Virus record (IMG/VR): IMGVR_UViG_3300009488_000018
Location: 1 to 64,000 of that record
Length of the DNA: 64,000 nucleotides
From: a virus
Strand: one strand, 5' to 3'
A model generated the notes under the pieces. It had not been told where the DNA came from and did not search any database. It was given only the letters and a program-made list of their open reading frames with translations. Numbering within the stretch: position 1 is the stretch's first letter; each line of letters starts with the position of its first letter. Below are positions 10,391 to 20,419 of the stretch, in pieces. A program made the position numbers and the translations under genes.

Positions 10391-10684
10391 TTATTCAAAT
10401 AGAGATTGAGTTCCAGTAGCTCGTGATCGTGTATTATATAGTTTACTTAATTTGTTACCAGGAAGATTTTCATAACTGTTTCCTTGAAAAATTCTAATAT
10501 TACTTTCTAAAGACTTTAGTTTCTCAATAAATTGATATGCAGAATCGACAATCTGAATTTCTTCTGGCTCAGGGTCAGTTTTATTTTCTAAAATCTTTAT
10601 TAGAAAATTGAGAGTATCTATCATCTCTTTACTAGAATTAAGTTCCTGAAGGAATTTCAGAGTAATTTTATTTACCTGTGACAT
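10391..10684 (-). CDS. Hypothetical protein
   Basis: ORF with GGAG RBS. Confidence 0.6.
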   Translation of the reverse strand: MSQVNKITLKFLQELNSSKEMIDTLNFLIKILENKTDPEPEEIQIVDSAYQFIEKLKSLESNIRIFQGNSYENLPGNKLSKLYNTRSRATGTQSLFE

Positions 10685-10708
10685 AACTTATATCTCCCTA
10701 GTTTACTC

Positions 10709-10921
10709 TTATTTACTTTTTTTAGGTTTCCTACCCTCGAAAACGCAACCACATGATTCACAGTAGAATATAAGACCTTTAATACCTTCTGGATCGTCTG
10801 GTAGGGGCGATGGACGTCTTTTTTGAACATCTATTTCTGCGTCACATTCTGGACATTTAACTATGTCTGCACCTAAATGATACTTTACACCATGTTGTAT
10901 AACTTCAAATTCAAAACCCAT
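10709..10921 (-). CDS. Small zinc-ribbon protein
   Basis: CPEC ... CESC. Confidence 0.6.
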   Translation of the reverse strand: MGFEFEVIQHGVKYHLGADIVKCPECDAEIDVQKRRPSPLPDDPEGIKGLIFYCESCGCVFEGRKPKKSK

Positions 10922-10925
10922 GTTA

Positions 10926-11270
10926 TTAACCTCCTGGTTTAGTTTCTTCTATAATCTCAATAAAAGGTAGATTAAGAACTTCTTGATTTCCAATCCTTTC
11001 ACCACTATTTTTTACCATATCAGATATCGTTCTTAACACAACAATATTTGTATTCCTCTGTTGTTCACTACTTTTCTCTACTCCAATTAATCGATTACTT
11101 AAATCTTGAATCAATAGAAAAGTTCTTCGAGGAGCACAATCATGAACTAATAATGGTTGTCCATCTCCTCCTGGTTGTTTGGGTTGCCACCAACTTTCAA
11201 TATAATTAGGACATTTATCTTTAAACTTCTTCCACATAGGACATTCGCCTTTTCTACATGTATCTTCCAT
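10926..11270 (-). CDS. Cys-containing protein downstream of the tail-fibre genes (possible fibre chaperone)
   Basis: C..CP..CP...DCA motif; position next to fibre genes. Confidence 0.55.
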   Translation of the reverse strand: MEDTCRKGECPMWKKFKDKCPNYIESWWQPKQPGGDGQPLLVHDCAPRRTFLLIQDLSNRLIGVEKSSEQQRNTNIVVLRTISDMVKNSGERIGNQEVLNLPFIEIIEETKPGG

Positions 11271-11273
11271 GAA

Positions 11274-12026
11274 TTAATCCTTTCTCGCCAAAATTCCTAC
11301 ATATGCCTGCGGTCTCCATGTACTTGGAGTTCCAGAATCTAATGTATTCCCATGATTATGAACATCTCCTCCTCCTGTACTACTAGTTGGAACAGTATTT
11401 GTAGCATAAGGAGAAAAATACAAACCACCCTGACCACCCTCAACTCTCCAAGTATAACGGTCTGGCCTATCATGTGTATGAGCTGGCATCTCAGCTTTTG
11501 TTAATTGATGGTCTGCCGTAGTATGTAAATGATTTGGTTGTACCCATGTTCCAGCATTATTTCCACCTGCTACATTATATGCATTAGCTCCACCCTTTAC
11601 TGCAAGTAAACTATCAGCCGCAGCAATTAAAGACCATCCAACAGGAGATACATCTTGATAGAACCACATGCTAGAACCAGATGGAACAGGAGGTCCAGCT
11701 GCTACGGGTCCAGCAGTCCATGCCGACCCATCACATACAAAAATTCCAGTTTCACTCCCAGAAATAGTAGCAAGTAATGTAATTCCATTGCTAGCATAAA
11801 CATTAAGTACATTCCCACCATCCGTATTAGTTATCCAAAAGATTATACCATCTGAGTCTGCTTCAGTTGGCAATGTTATCTTTCTATCAACACCATTTGG
11901 ATCTAAGAATTGAATCCTTTCACTATCCGTTGCTAACGTCTTATTTGCATTTAGAGTCTCAGTATTAGTACTTTGTGAAGACAATATTAATAGAACGTCC
12001 GACAAAGAATATCTTCTTTCAGTCAC
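11274..12026 (-). CDS. Short tail fibre / tail-collar-like protein
   Basis: Collar-like 'PVPSGS.MWF.Q..SPVGW' and HxH boxes (NHLHT, AHTHD, VHNHG). Confidence 0.7.
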   Translation of the reverse strand: MTERRYSLSDVLLILSSQSTNTETLNANKTLATDSERIQFLDPNGVDRKITLPTEADSDGIIFWITNTDGGNVLNVYASNGITLLATISGSETGIFVCDGSAWTAGPVAAGPPVPSGSSMWFYQDVSPVGWSLIAAADSLLAVKGGANAYNVAGGNNAGTWVQPNHLHTTADHQLTKAEMPAHTHDRPDRYTWRVEGGQGGLYFSPYATNTVPTSSTGGGDVHNHGNTLDSGTPSTWRPQAYVGILARKD

Positions 12027-12045
12027 TTAACTTTCTCCTTATTAA

Positions 12046-12816
12046 TTAATCTTTTGTACAAATAATACCAACTCGTGCTTTTGGTCTATAAGTATTTACA
12101 GTAGCACTATTACCTGTATTACCATGATTATGTGCTTGACCTCCACCAGTATCGCCTGTATATACAGTTTCAGTACCACTTCTTGTATTTAACCAATTAT
12201 CAGAAGACGAATATGTCAAACCATATGTATTATGAACATAACTATGGTGATGTACCGGCATCTCAGCTATCGTTAATGTATGGTCATCTGTAGTATGTAA
12301 ATGGTTTGGTTGTGTCCACGTTCCTGCACCGCTCCCACCAGCTACATTATATGCATTAGCTCCACCCTTAACTGCTAGAAGCTCATCTGTAATTGTTCCA
12401 TCAATAGTCCAACCAACTGGTGCTACGTCTTGATTAATCCACATTGGAGTGCCAGTTGGAATATCAGTTCCATATCTTCCAGAACCAGTTGCGCCCGCTC
12501 GCCAAACAATACCATCACACATAACAAAACAAGACTCAGCTCCGCTAAGATAAGACTTAGGAGTAACTCCATCACTAGCATAAACTGTCAAGAGATTACC
12601 AGCTGGTCCAGCAGTATTGGTTATCCAGAAAATTATACCATCCGAAAGAGCTTCAGAAGGAAGTATAACATCTCTATCAGACCCTCCTGGGTTTAGGAAC
12701 TGAACTCTTCTGTCGTTAAAAAGTAGAGTTTTATCACCAGTTAGTGTTTCAGTATTCGTTCCAAAGGATATAATTTTTGCAAAAACGTCTGGCAAATTCC
12801 ATTCTCGTTCAGCCAT
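12046..12816 (-). CDS. Short tail fibre / tail-collar-like protein, paralog of 11274-12026
   Basis: 'IPTGTPMWINQDVAPVGW' and HxH boxes. Confidence 0.7.
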   Translation of the reverse strand: MAEREWNLPDVFAKIISFGTNTETLTGDKTLLFNDRRVQFLNPGGSDRDVILPSEALSDGIIFWITNTAGPAGNLLTVYASDGVTPKSYLSGAESCFVMCDGIVWRAGATGSGRYGTDIPTGTPMWINQDVAPVGWTIDGTITDELLAVKGGANAYNVAGGSGAGTWTQPNHLHTTDDHTLTIAEMPVHHHSYVHNTYGLTYSSSDNWLNTRSGTETVYTGDTGGGQAHNHGNTGNSATVNTYRPKARVGIICTKD

Positions 12817-14177
12817 TAGCTATTTAAACTCCTAGTTAATTCGTACCAAACTGACCCGTCAAAAAGTAACGATATCGTATCGTCAGCAACTCCAATAAAA
12901 TCAGCACCACCCTGTAGAGTTATGTTAACATTATGTTGAAATGTTGTATTACTATCTGTAAAGATAATACGTTTCACATCATCAGCTCTACAACCATCAA
13001 AGTTTGTAATTGTGGTTGGAGCTGAAGAATTTGTTTTCCATGTTCTATAGTCAGATAAATCGGGTGTTGCATCACCATCTGTCATTACTCCAATTCCTCT
13101 AGCAGATGGACCTGCAGGGTCTGAAGCATAGGCGTCTCCAAAAACTTCTTTTCCTAAAGCTTCAATTCTTAAGTTTAACTGTACTTCAAGTGACTTGTAT
13201 GGCATAAACCAAATATCACAATTAATTGTATGACTTCCTTCTTCAACACAAACTCCAATCCACTGAGTGAAAACTGCTGTTGAATCAGTAATAGCACCAG
13301 CAGTCACTGCAGAAAGATAAACTTCTTCTCCTTCTGAAATTGTCCTTCCTGCTTCTATGGGAACATTTTCGACTTTACCATATAATCTAGCTTTTCCACC
13401 AGTAGTTTTAGTTCCAGTTTGTATCACAGCTACTTGGGCTAATGTATCAAAATCTGTAGCGATAGCAGGATGTAAATTACCGTCTGTTGCTAAGTAAGCA
13501 AGTTGTCCCACAGTACAAGTTCCAGTATCAGCTACATCTCTTAAGTTTGCGAATGATTCCCATCTATTTGATAAACCAAAGAATAACTCATTTTGGTCGA
13601 TAACATAAATTAATTTAGATTCATGTTCATCTTGATCAAATGTTGGAAGAGTATATTCAACTCCTGCCCATATAGGTACATATTCTCTTTTTATAGTTAC
13701 GTTTGTAGGATCGTAGTCATGGATTGACACAATATGACGAGCATCACCGTCTCCTTGTACTAAAACTGCTTTTAAGAATAAGTACGCAGCGTCGGTTATA
13801 TTACCTCTTTGGTCTGGTCTAAGGATTCTTATTGAAGCTTTTGGTGATGGGCGAGCTTTTGCGAACGAATAGTTAACTGCTATGTAGTAGTATCCTTGTC
13901 GATCCCATGGATTTGTATGAGGAATATAAAAGTCTGAGTCAGTCATGTCGACTGTAAAGTTAGAAGTGAGTTCTACAAGAACTTGGTCTTTATAAACTAT
14001 TCCTGTAGTTATAATAATAGCAGTAGAATCAGAAATTTCAATATCTACTGAATGGTGGTGATCAATACAATCTGCCCCTCTCGTTGCCAATTTATGGATT
14101 AGATTTACAACATTCGAATTATATGAAGCATAAGGGTCAACATTTCGTACTTGATCTGGATATATTGTGTCAGCCAT
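12816..14177 (-). CDS. Tail/baseplate-associated structural protein
   Basis: 453-aa first gene of the fibre operon; beta-rich. Confidence 0.55.
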   Translation of the reverse strand: MADTIYPDQVRNVDPYASYNSNVVNLIHKLATRGADCIDHHHSVDIEISDSTAIIITTGIVYKDQVLVELTSNFTVDMTDSDFYIPHTNPWDRQGYYYIAVNYSFAKARPSPKASIRILRPDQRGNITDAAYLFLKAVLVQGDGDARHIVSIHDYDPTNVTIKREYVPIWAGVEYTLPTFDQDEHESKLIYVIDQNELFFGLSNRWESFANLRDVADTGTCTVGQLAYLATDGNLHPAIATDFDTLAQVAVIQTGTKTTGGKARLYGKVENVPIEAGRTISEGEEVYLSAVTAGAITDSTAVFTQWIGVCVEEGSHTINCDIWFMPYKSLEVQLNLRIEALGKEVFGDAYASDPAGPSARGIGVMTDGDATPDLSDYRTWKTNSSAPTTITNFDGCRADDVKRIIFTDSNTTFQHNVNITLQGGADFIGVADDTISLLFDGSVWYELTRSLNS

Positions 14178-14451
14178 CTATCTAAATCTCCTTTAGAAAT
14201 TTCCTAAACGTTCGAGAGACTCCTTTTATTTTTGTTCTACATATTGTAGTTATCGGTACAAACTAACTTCGAAGTTATTAATTAGTTTTCTATATATATT
14301 AATACCTGAAGGTAAGTTTGTTAATTTCTAAGAGGAGAGATATGATGAAATAATAAGAGTGGGAGATGCCGTACTTTCACGACATCTCCCGTAACATCAT
14401 TCATAACTTAATAGTATTTAATATGAGTAGTAAGTTTGTATTTTGTTCTAA

Positions 14452-15111
14452 TTAACTGATCAGATCAGTGGCTTTTACCAAATCGTCTATTAAAGGACTA
14501 TTAGAATTAACTTCGATAACTTTCCATCCATTATTACGAAGTTTCACATTTCTGGCTAAATCCATGTACCGGTCTTCATTATGCCAGAAAGCACGAGGAA
14601 ATTCAAAGTCTACCTTCAAAATAGGATCAGCGAAGTCTGTAATAAACTCATATTCTAACCTTCCATCTGGAGCAAATATTCTGATCATATAGTCCTGCTC
14701 TATATTACGAAAACTTTCTTTTAGAAACCTTAAAATGTTATCCTTAGCTCTGCTCATAGGGTCTTGTTTCTTTTTAGGTAACTCTATAACAACTTCAGGA
14801 ACTTCTTCTAATCTTAGCTCTTCTGGTTCTTCAACCGATAATTCTTCATCGGTTATTATATCTTCTATTACAGGCTCACCTTTTCTTTCATCTTCTTTTT
14901 TAAACAGATGAAGTTTTCCAAACTTTCCTCTAGATCTGAATTCTTTTGATGAAAGTGGAGCGTCAGGATATCTAGTTCTATACTGAGCAAGTGTTACATC
15001 ATGTATCCTTGAGAGATGTTTTGGAGAAATAACGAGAAATGCTTTTCCACAAATCTGACAAACTACTTTCTCGTTTTCATCAAGCTTAGGATAGGGTAGA
15101 GATTCACTCAT
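14452..15111 (-). CDS. C2H2 Zn-finger plus DUF559/Vsr-like endonuclease-fold protein
   Basis: CQICGK..H...H..TL.QYR.RYP; C-terminal 'ITDFADP..KVDFEF..AFWH...RN.KLR..GWKVIEV'. Confidence 0.6.
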   Translation of the reverse strand: MSESLPYPKLDENEKVVCQICGKAFLVISPKHLSRIHDVTLAQYRTRYPDAPLSSKEFRSRGKFGKLHLFKKEDERKGEPVIEDIITDEELSVEEPEELRLEEVPEVVIELPKKKQDPMSRAKDNILRFLKESFRNIEQDYMIRIFAPDGRLEYEFITDFADPILKVDFEFPRAFWHNEDRYMDLARNVKLRNNGWKVIEVNSNSPLIDDLVKATDLIS

Positions 15112-15168
15112 TTCGTTCTCCTTTCAATTCTTTTAACCATTTATAGTTTGTTCTAAATAGGAGATCTC

Positions 15169-15543
15169 TTGAAGAAAAAATATCATTACTTGCTCGGAGT
15201 TGCCGTACATAGCGCTCGTGAAGAAAAAGCAGGTGACTTCTTTCTAAAATATTTTTTAAAATATACTGAAAAAGATGTAGAAGCAGTAAACCAAGCGATT
15301 GAAATGTCAAAAAATGAAATGTGGGAAGCCACTATTGAAGAAGCACTAAAAGCATATAACAAATCAGGTTTAATTTCCCTTCTACAGGGTCTTCTCCTCT
15401 CTTCTGAAGCAAATGATGCAACATTACATCATTTTGTTACAGAATATAAAACAGAGGAAAAAGTTTTCGAAACTATAGTTTCTCTTGCAAACTCTTGCAA
15501 TTACCATAAAGAATTACTAAAGGAATCAAGAATCTTAAAATAA
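15169..15543 (+). CDS. Hypothetical protein
   Basis: GGAG RBS, TTG start. Confidence 0.55.
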   Translation: MKKKYHYLLGVAVHSAREEKAGDFFLKYFLKYTEKDVEAVNQAIEMSKNEMWEATIEEALKAYNKSGLISLLQGLLLSSEANDATLHHFVTEYKTEEKVFETIVSLANSCNYHKELLKESRILK

Positions 15544-15554
15544 GGAGTTAAAGA

Positions 15555-16373
15555 ATGGGAAACGATACAACTACAGAAGATACAATTACAGAAAATTCAA
15601 ATGAGGAAATTCAAGAACCAAAAAAGAAACAACCATCATGGTTTACTGTTATTGTTATAATAGCAATAGCCGCTATATGTTCTTACTTAGTCACTGCAAT
15701 TCAGTATAAAAAAATAATGGACAATAAAGAAGAACGTATTGAGTTTCTTGAAAAAGAGATTAAAATTCACGAAGAACATGTTGAGTTGCTTACAGAAGAA
15801 ATTGAAAATTCCAAAGAACAAATGTCAAAATATCTTGAACTGTTAGATAAACAAAAAGCTTTGGCAGAAGAAAAGTTGGTCAGAGATAAGAAGAACTATG
15901 AAAAACTTGTTGAGTGGGTTTATAAAAACTCTTCTAAGATCTCAAGGAAAACAGCAGAAGAAATAGTTAGTTACACGTTAGCAACCAACTTTCCACTGAT
16001 GCATCTAGCCATAATGAAAATCGAAAGCAGTTTTGATCCATCTTCAATTTCGTCCAAAGGAGCTTCTGGAATCGGTCAACAGATGCCAAAGGACTACAAG
16101 GAACTACTAATCCAAGCTGGAATCATATCTGAGTGGAGAGACATCTTTAATATTCCACAGGGTGTCAAAGCCACAGAATTTGCTTGGAACGACAAATTTC
16201 AACTAGGAAAGGGCAACGTTCTGGAATCTCTAAAACTGTACTATGGAGAAAATGATAAAGATTACATAAATCAGGTATTGATTGATTATCATTATCTTGT
16301 ATATTTACGTAATTTTAATGGATTAGAGGAGCAGGAAAAAAACGATGAAACAAACATAAAGCTATTAAAGTAA
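15555..16373 (+). CDS. Membrane-anchored lytic transglycosylase (SLT domain)
   Basis: TM helix and coiled coil, then 'AIMKIESSFDPSSISSKGASGIGQQMP' (catalytic ES and GxxQ motifs). Confidence 0.85.
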   Translation: MGNDTTTEDTITENSNEEIQEPKKKQPSWFTVIVIIAIAAICSYLVTAIQYKKIMDNKEERIEFLEKEIKIHEEHVELLTEEIENSKEQMSKYLELLDKQKALAEEKLVRDKKNYEKLVEWVYKNSSKISRKTAEEIVSYTLATNFPLMHLAIMKIESSFDPSSISSKGASGIGQQMPKDYKELLIQAGIISEWRDIFNIPQGVKATEFAWNDKFQLGKGNVLESLKLYYGENDKDYINQVLIDYHYLVYLRNFNGLEEQEKNDETNIKLLK

Positions 16374-16411
16374 ATTAGAAAAAATTAATTAGAAAAAATG
16401 GGGGTGGAAAA

Positions 16412-16906
16412 ATGAACTTAAAAGAAATAAGAATAATAGAGGATCATTTCGAGAAAAAAATCATAAAAGTAGAAAATAAAGGAAAGTTTTTTAAAGTAGA
16501 ATTTTCCGACAGTTCAGTAATGGTTTTTTTCAAAGCGGAAGACCTAGCCAGGAGTTTAGAGAAGATTCGTGAAGAGAGTATAAAGATTTTGTCCAAATGT
16601 TCGACAAAAACTCTAAAAGAAATCGCCAAATTCTGTAAATACAATATAGAAAATGAACCTTTGGTAAGTCTTTATTTTAACAGAGCTGAAGAACTTTCCA
16701 GTCTTCTAGAAAGAGCCTATGTTGAAGTCAACGGACCAAATATCTTGCATTTCTTCATAAAAGAAATTGATATAAAAGTCTATGGAAAGGCACAAACATT
16801 TATGAAACAAGTGACTGATTTATATACCACAATAGAAGAAGTTCTGAACTCAAAAGAAAAAGAAGTATCAGAAAAACGAAATCATCTTAGAATAGTGAGA
16901 GGATAA
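16412..16906 (+). CDS. Hypothetical protein
   Basis: 164-aa ORF in a + strand gene cluster. Confidence 0.6.
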   Translation: MNLKEIRIIEDHFEKKIIKVENKGKFFKVEFSDSSVMVFFKAEDLARSLEKIREESIKILSKCSTKTLKEIAKFCKYNIENEPLVSLYFNRAEELSSLLERAYVEVNGPNILHFFIKEIDIKVYGKAQTFMKQVTDLYTTIEEVLNSKEKEVSEKRNHLRIVRG

Positions 16907-17261
16907 CATGGCACATTCCAGAAATGATACGTACACACGGTGTAAGCAATGGTGGAAGCATTTGAGATCATGGAAACGTGTGCAAGCCAAACAGGAAAGG
17001 CAGGCTGCCAAGAAACGCATTTCAAGGGATTCAGTTTAATATAGTCAATTAATTGGAGAAAAAATGGAAGGAGATCAGGATGACGAAAACTTTTGAAGAT
17101 CCAGTCTTTCTGAATAAAATGATTGAAGATGGAGAAGAGGCACTCAAACATCTTGAGAAAGACGATGGATCATATGTTAACACATGGTTAGAAAAATATG
17201 GCCAGCTCGTTGAAGAAAAAATAGAAGAAGACTTCTCAGATCTTCTTCAGGAGGTATTGAA

Positions 17262-17708
17262 GTGATGAACATTGGTTTTACAGGAAATAGATTAGGAATG
17301 TCTCGTCGTCAAATGAGAGTATTTAAAACGATAATGATGGATCTTATAATGAATACTAGAACTTTTCACCATGGTGGATGTATAGGTTCTGACAAACAAG
17401 CACATGATATTATATTTGGAATACGGAACGACAAATCTATCAACCTTACATATCCTCTAAGTGAAAATGTAAAGATCATTGTTCATCCATCAAACAATCC
17501 TGTAAGTCGAGCTGATTGTACCCTTGATGCTAATGATGAACGATTAGATGAAAAACCACCGTTGGAAAGAGATATGGATATAGCGAAAAGTTGCGATATA
17601 CTTTTTACTACTCCTAGAATATTAAGAGAAGAAAGAAGGTCTGGAACGTGGGCAACTATTAGATACGCCAGGAAACTTGGGAAAATGATTGTAGTCTTAG
17701 ACCCGTAA
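17262..17708 (+). CDS. SLOG/YspA-like (DprA/Smf-fold) protein
   Basis: IGFTG.R, HHGGCIGSD, RSGTWATIRYARKLGK motifs. Confidence 0.65.
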   Translation: MMNIGFTGNRLGMSRRQMRVFKTIMMDLIMNTRTFHHGGCIGSDKQAHDIIFGIRNDKSINLTYPLSENVKIIVHPSNNPVSRADCTLDANDERLDEKPPLERDMDIAKSCDILFTTPRILREERRSGTWATIRYARKLGKMIVVLDP

Positions 17709-17993
17709 TTTCAATTTAGAAACTTTAACTTCAAACTGGGATGGAATTATGAAAATAGAAAAGAAAGGAGAGTTCTGTAAGATTTGTAGGAAGAACGTTA
17801 TGGCAGAACGTGAGAAAATTAATTATTTCTCACATCTCTGTCTAATGCTTCTAACAGCTGGTTTAATATCTAAATTTAAGGACCAGCTGAGAAAGAAGGA
17901 ATATCGTTGTCCAGAATGTGGTAGTATAACGAGTGGTCCCACTAAAGGAGAAGTCATCCTTATGGGAGAATCTATCTTATGATGTTTAAGAAT

Positions 17994-18030
17994 AACCTGG
18001 GATCTGCGAAAGGTCCCAGGTCGTTTTATT
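17994..18030 (+). terminator. Rho-independent terminator
   Basis: acctgggatct / aggtcccaggt stem followed by a T-rich tract. Confidence 0.6.
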
Positions 18031-18057
18031 TTAATTTATTCTAGAAAGGAAAAAAAC

Positions 18058-18852
18058 ATGGATACAAGTTTGGTTACTCAAAAGTTCGAAGAGGTTGGCG
18101 CAAGAGTAAAATTTGGTGAAATCCGACCAACTCGTGAATCAGAAGGAGAAAAAATCAGGATTGACATTAGAACAGATCGTCTTGGTGAATACTACCTCAT
18201 CGATGCCAAAGATGAAGTTTTTGTTGATATACCTGATGTGCAAAAAGTCGACAGACATCTACTACTTTTTGCGAGAGACCCAGAGTTACGGCGATTCCTA
18301 TGCGGGCATGATGAAAGGAATTGGTTCATAGCTGCAATTCCAGAAGATAGTAGAGCTTCTAATGTTAAAGAGGCGAAAGAGTCGCTCAAACCTCGGGATG
18401 TTAAATTCTCTGAAAAGAGAGCCGGTGTTAAAAAGAAAGACTCAGAAAAAAGAAGAACTAAAGCTTTCGTGAGACAAGGAGAATGGTTCTTTATTCCAGT
18501 TCCAGAATTTCAAGTTCAAAAAAGCTTAATATTAAAGAACGAACCAATTCAAAGAAGTAGAGGAACTCCTCACATGGTTGAAGAAGTTTTCCGGAGAGGA
18601 GGGGAAAATCTTTACATCAGTAGAGAATATCCAAACGGACTCTCTGAAAATAGGTATCAAGATTTGATTAAATCAAATCCAGAACTTAAAAAAACACACT
18701 GGGAAGTTCGAAGAGTCAATCCTACAGTTTTTGGAAGAGGACGGGTTACTCATAAAGATCATAAAACTATCGTCCTCCAATTCTGGCATGAGATTATAAT
18801 GAATACTGAGTTTCGAGCTCGAGCTATGAGAAATGTTGCCTTTATAGATTGA
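18058..18852 (+). CDS. Hypothetical phage protein (RQGEWFFIP motif)
   Basis: 264-aa ORF with RBS. Confidence 0.7.
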   Translation: MDTSLVTQKFEEVGARVKFGEIRPTRESEGEKIRIDIRTDRLGEYYLIDAKDEVFVDIPDVQKVDRHLLLFARDPELRRFLCGHDERNWFIAAIPEDSRASNVKEAKESLKPRDVKFSEKRAGVKKKDSEKRRTKAFVRQGEWFFIPVPEFQVQKSLILKNEPIQRSRGTPHMVEEVFRRGGENLYISREYPNGLSENRYQDLIKSNPELKKTHWEVRRVNPTVFGRGRVTHKDHKTIVLQFWHEIIMNTEFRARAMRNVAFID

Positions 18853-18858
18853 GGTGTT

Positions 18859-19356
18859 ATGATGACAGAATATGCAAAGTGTATAGGTTGTGGATATTGT
18901 TGTATAAAAGCTAAGTGTTCAGCTGCTTTAAGATTGTACCCAAATAGTAAACAATGTCCACAACTTATTTGGAATGGTGAAGATACAAGATATTATTGTG
19001 GACTAATGTTATTACCAGGAGAACTTGGTAGAGTTTATAGGAAGGAATTATATGCAGGAACGGGATGTAGTTCAAGCTTTTGTAATTCTTGGCGTAAGGA
19101 TATTAAACGACGAGATAAAAAAGATATTGAAAAAGTAAAAATAATTTCTCCAATAGACCAAAAGTTCCAAGTTTTTCTTCGTTCTCTGGGTAGGCAAGTT
19201 ATGAGTACTGACTTAATTAAATTAACTGTTTCAACTTTTGTTGCTGACTTAACACAAATGGGTTATGAAGAGTCTTATGCTGAATTTGTTGGAGATAATG
19301 TATTAATGTATATACAAAATAACAAACATTCTTTATTCTCAAAATTTATGGGGTAG
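18859..19356 (+). CDS. Cys-rich (CxxCGxCC) metal-cluster protein
   Basis: CIGCGYCC...CPQL...YYCGL. Confidence 0.6.
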   Translation: MMTEYAKCIGCGYCCIKAKCSAALRLYPNSKQCPQLIWNGEDTRYYCGLMLLPGELGRVYRKELYAGTGCSSSFCNSWRKDIKRRDKKDIEKVKIISPIDQKFQVFLRSLGRQVMSTDLIKLTVSTFVADLTQMGYEESYAEFVGDNVLMYIQNNKHSLFSKFMG

Positions 19357-19358
19357 AT

Positions 19359-19889
19359 ATGTATTATTTCAAAAACATGGCAGGAAAAACTTGTAATGAA
19401 GAAGTAAGAGAAGAATTAACACACGCTGGTATTATACCAATATATCCAGTTACTCTCAAACATTCGGAAGTAAAAACGTCTGTAGCAGGAGTTCTTGGTT
19501 GTTGGTACGATCCTGAAGAAATAAAAGTCAGTTTAAATAAGTCTAGAATACTCCAAGAAATGGACTTTTTAGAATTGACAAAGGACCTTTTCAGATATAT
19601 TTTTTCGAGAGCTTGGACATACTGGGTTTGTCATGGTCCGGTACCATTAACAGTAGCTAAAGAATTATATTCAACTGAAATTGGAAAGAAGTCTGTACGA
19701 GTTACTGGTAATTGTACATGTCCACCACCAAAGGATCCTTGGTTAAATCCCTATGATGGACCCTATGGAACAGAGGGTTCAGCAGTATATTTGTATCATA
19801 TTGACACAGTCGAAGGATTGAGATTATTCGTAGACAAACTGAAAGAATACAAACTTGACCAGGTTCCAAGACAATACAAGTTTAGTTAG
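19359..19889 (+). CDS. Hypothetical protein
   Basis: Tightly packed ORF. Confidence 0.65.
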   Translation: MYYFKNMAGKTCNEEVREELTHAGIIPIYPVTLKHSEVKTSVAGVLGCWYDPEEIKVSLNKSRILQEMDFLELTKDLFRYIFSRAWTYWVCHGPVPLTVAKELYSTEIGKKSVRVTGNCTCPPPKDPWLNPYDGPYGTEGSAVYLYHIDTVEGLRLFVDKLKEYKLDQVPRQYKFS

Positions 19890-19900
19890 GAGAGACCATT

Positions 19901-20416
19901 ATGATAAAACTAAATATAGGTGAGGCAATCCAGATCTTAGAAGCACTTTATAGTTCAGACGACCCAATAGAATTTAGAGGAAAAGAAACATCTCCAAACG
20001 GTCTTCTTTATGATGACTTTGGTCTTTACGAAGCACAAGGTGCTTCAGGAATTCGAATTCAATTCCATACATTAAGTGGAAAAAAGATATCAGGTTCGTT
20101 ACATACAATGGTACGAGAAAGACTAGGACTAAGCATCAAACAAACAAAAACAAAAGAACCTAAAAAAGTTGTGAAAACGTATCATTTATATGAATGGGGA
20201 ATGCGAGGAAGTGGTGAATTCCATCCAGAAGTAATAACTGAAATTCAAAAAGACACTGAAATAGACTTCTCATTTAGTGGCGATTCATTTGTAGATTATT
20301 CTACACTTGCAGATGAAATTGTTCAGCAACTTGCAGACCACGGTTTTAAATATGATTGTTATTCTGATGACGACATTATTATAAAGATAACTATGTCAAA
20401 TAAACAAGAGGAATAA
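19901..20416 (+). CDS. Hypothetical protein
   Basis: GGAG RBS. Confidence 0.65.
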   Translation: MIKLNIGEAIQILEALYSSDDPIEFRGKETSPNGLLYDDFGLYEAQGASGIRIQFHTLSGKKISGSLHTMVRERLGLSIKQTKTKEPKKVVKTYHLYEWGMRGSGEFHPEVITEIQKDTEIDFSFSGDSFVDYSTLADEIVQQLADHGFKYDCYSDDDIIIKITMSNKQEE

Positions 20417-20419
20417 GTT

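Noticed and set aside
4738-14177. Diversity-generating retroelement or invertase shufflon acting on tail fibres
   Set aside because: No reverse transcriptase or recombinase in the window and no TR/VR pair differing only at adenines was noticed.
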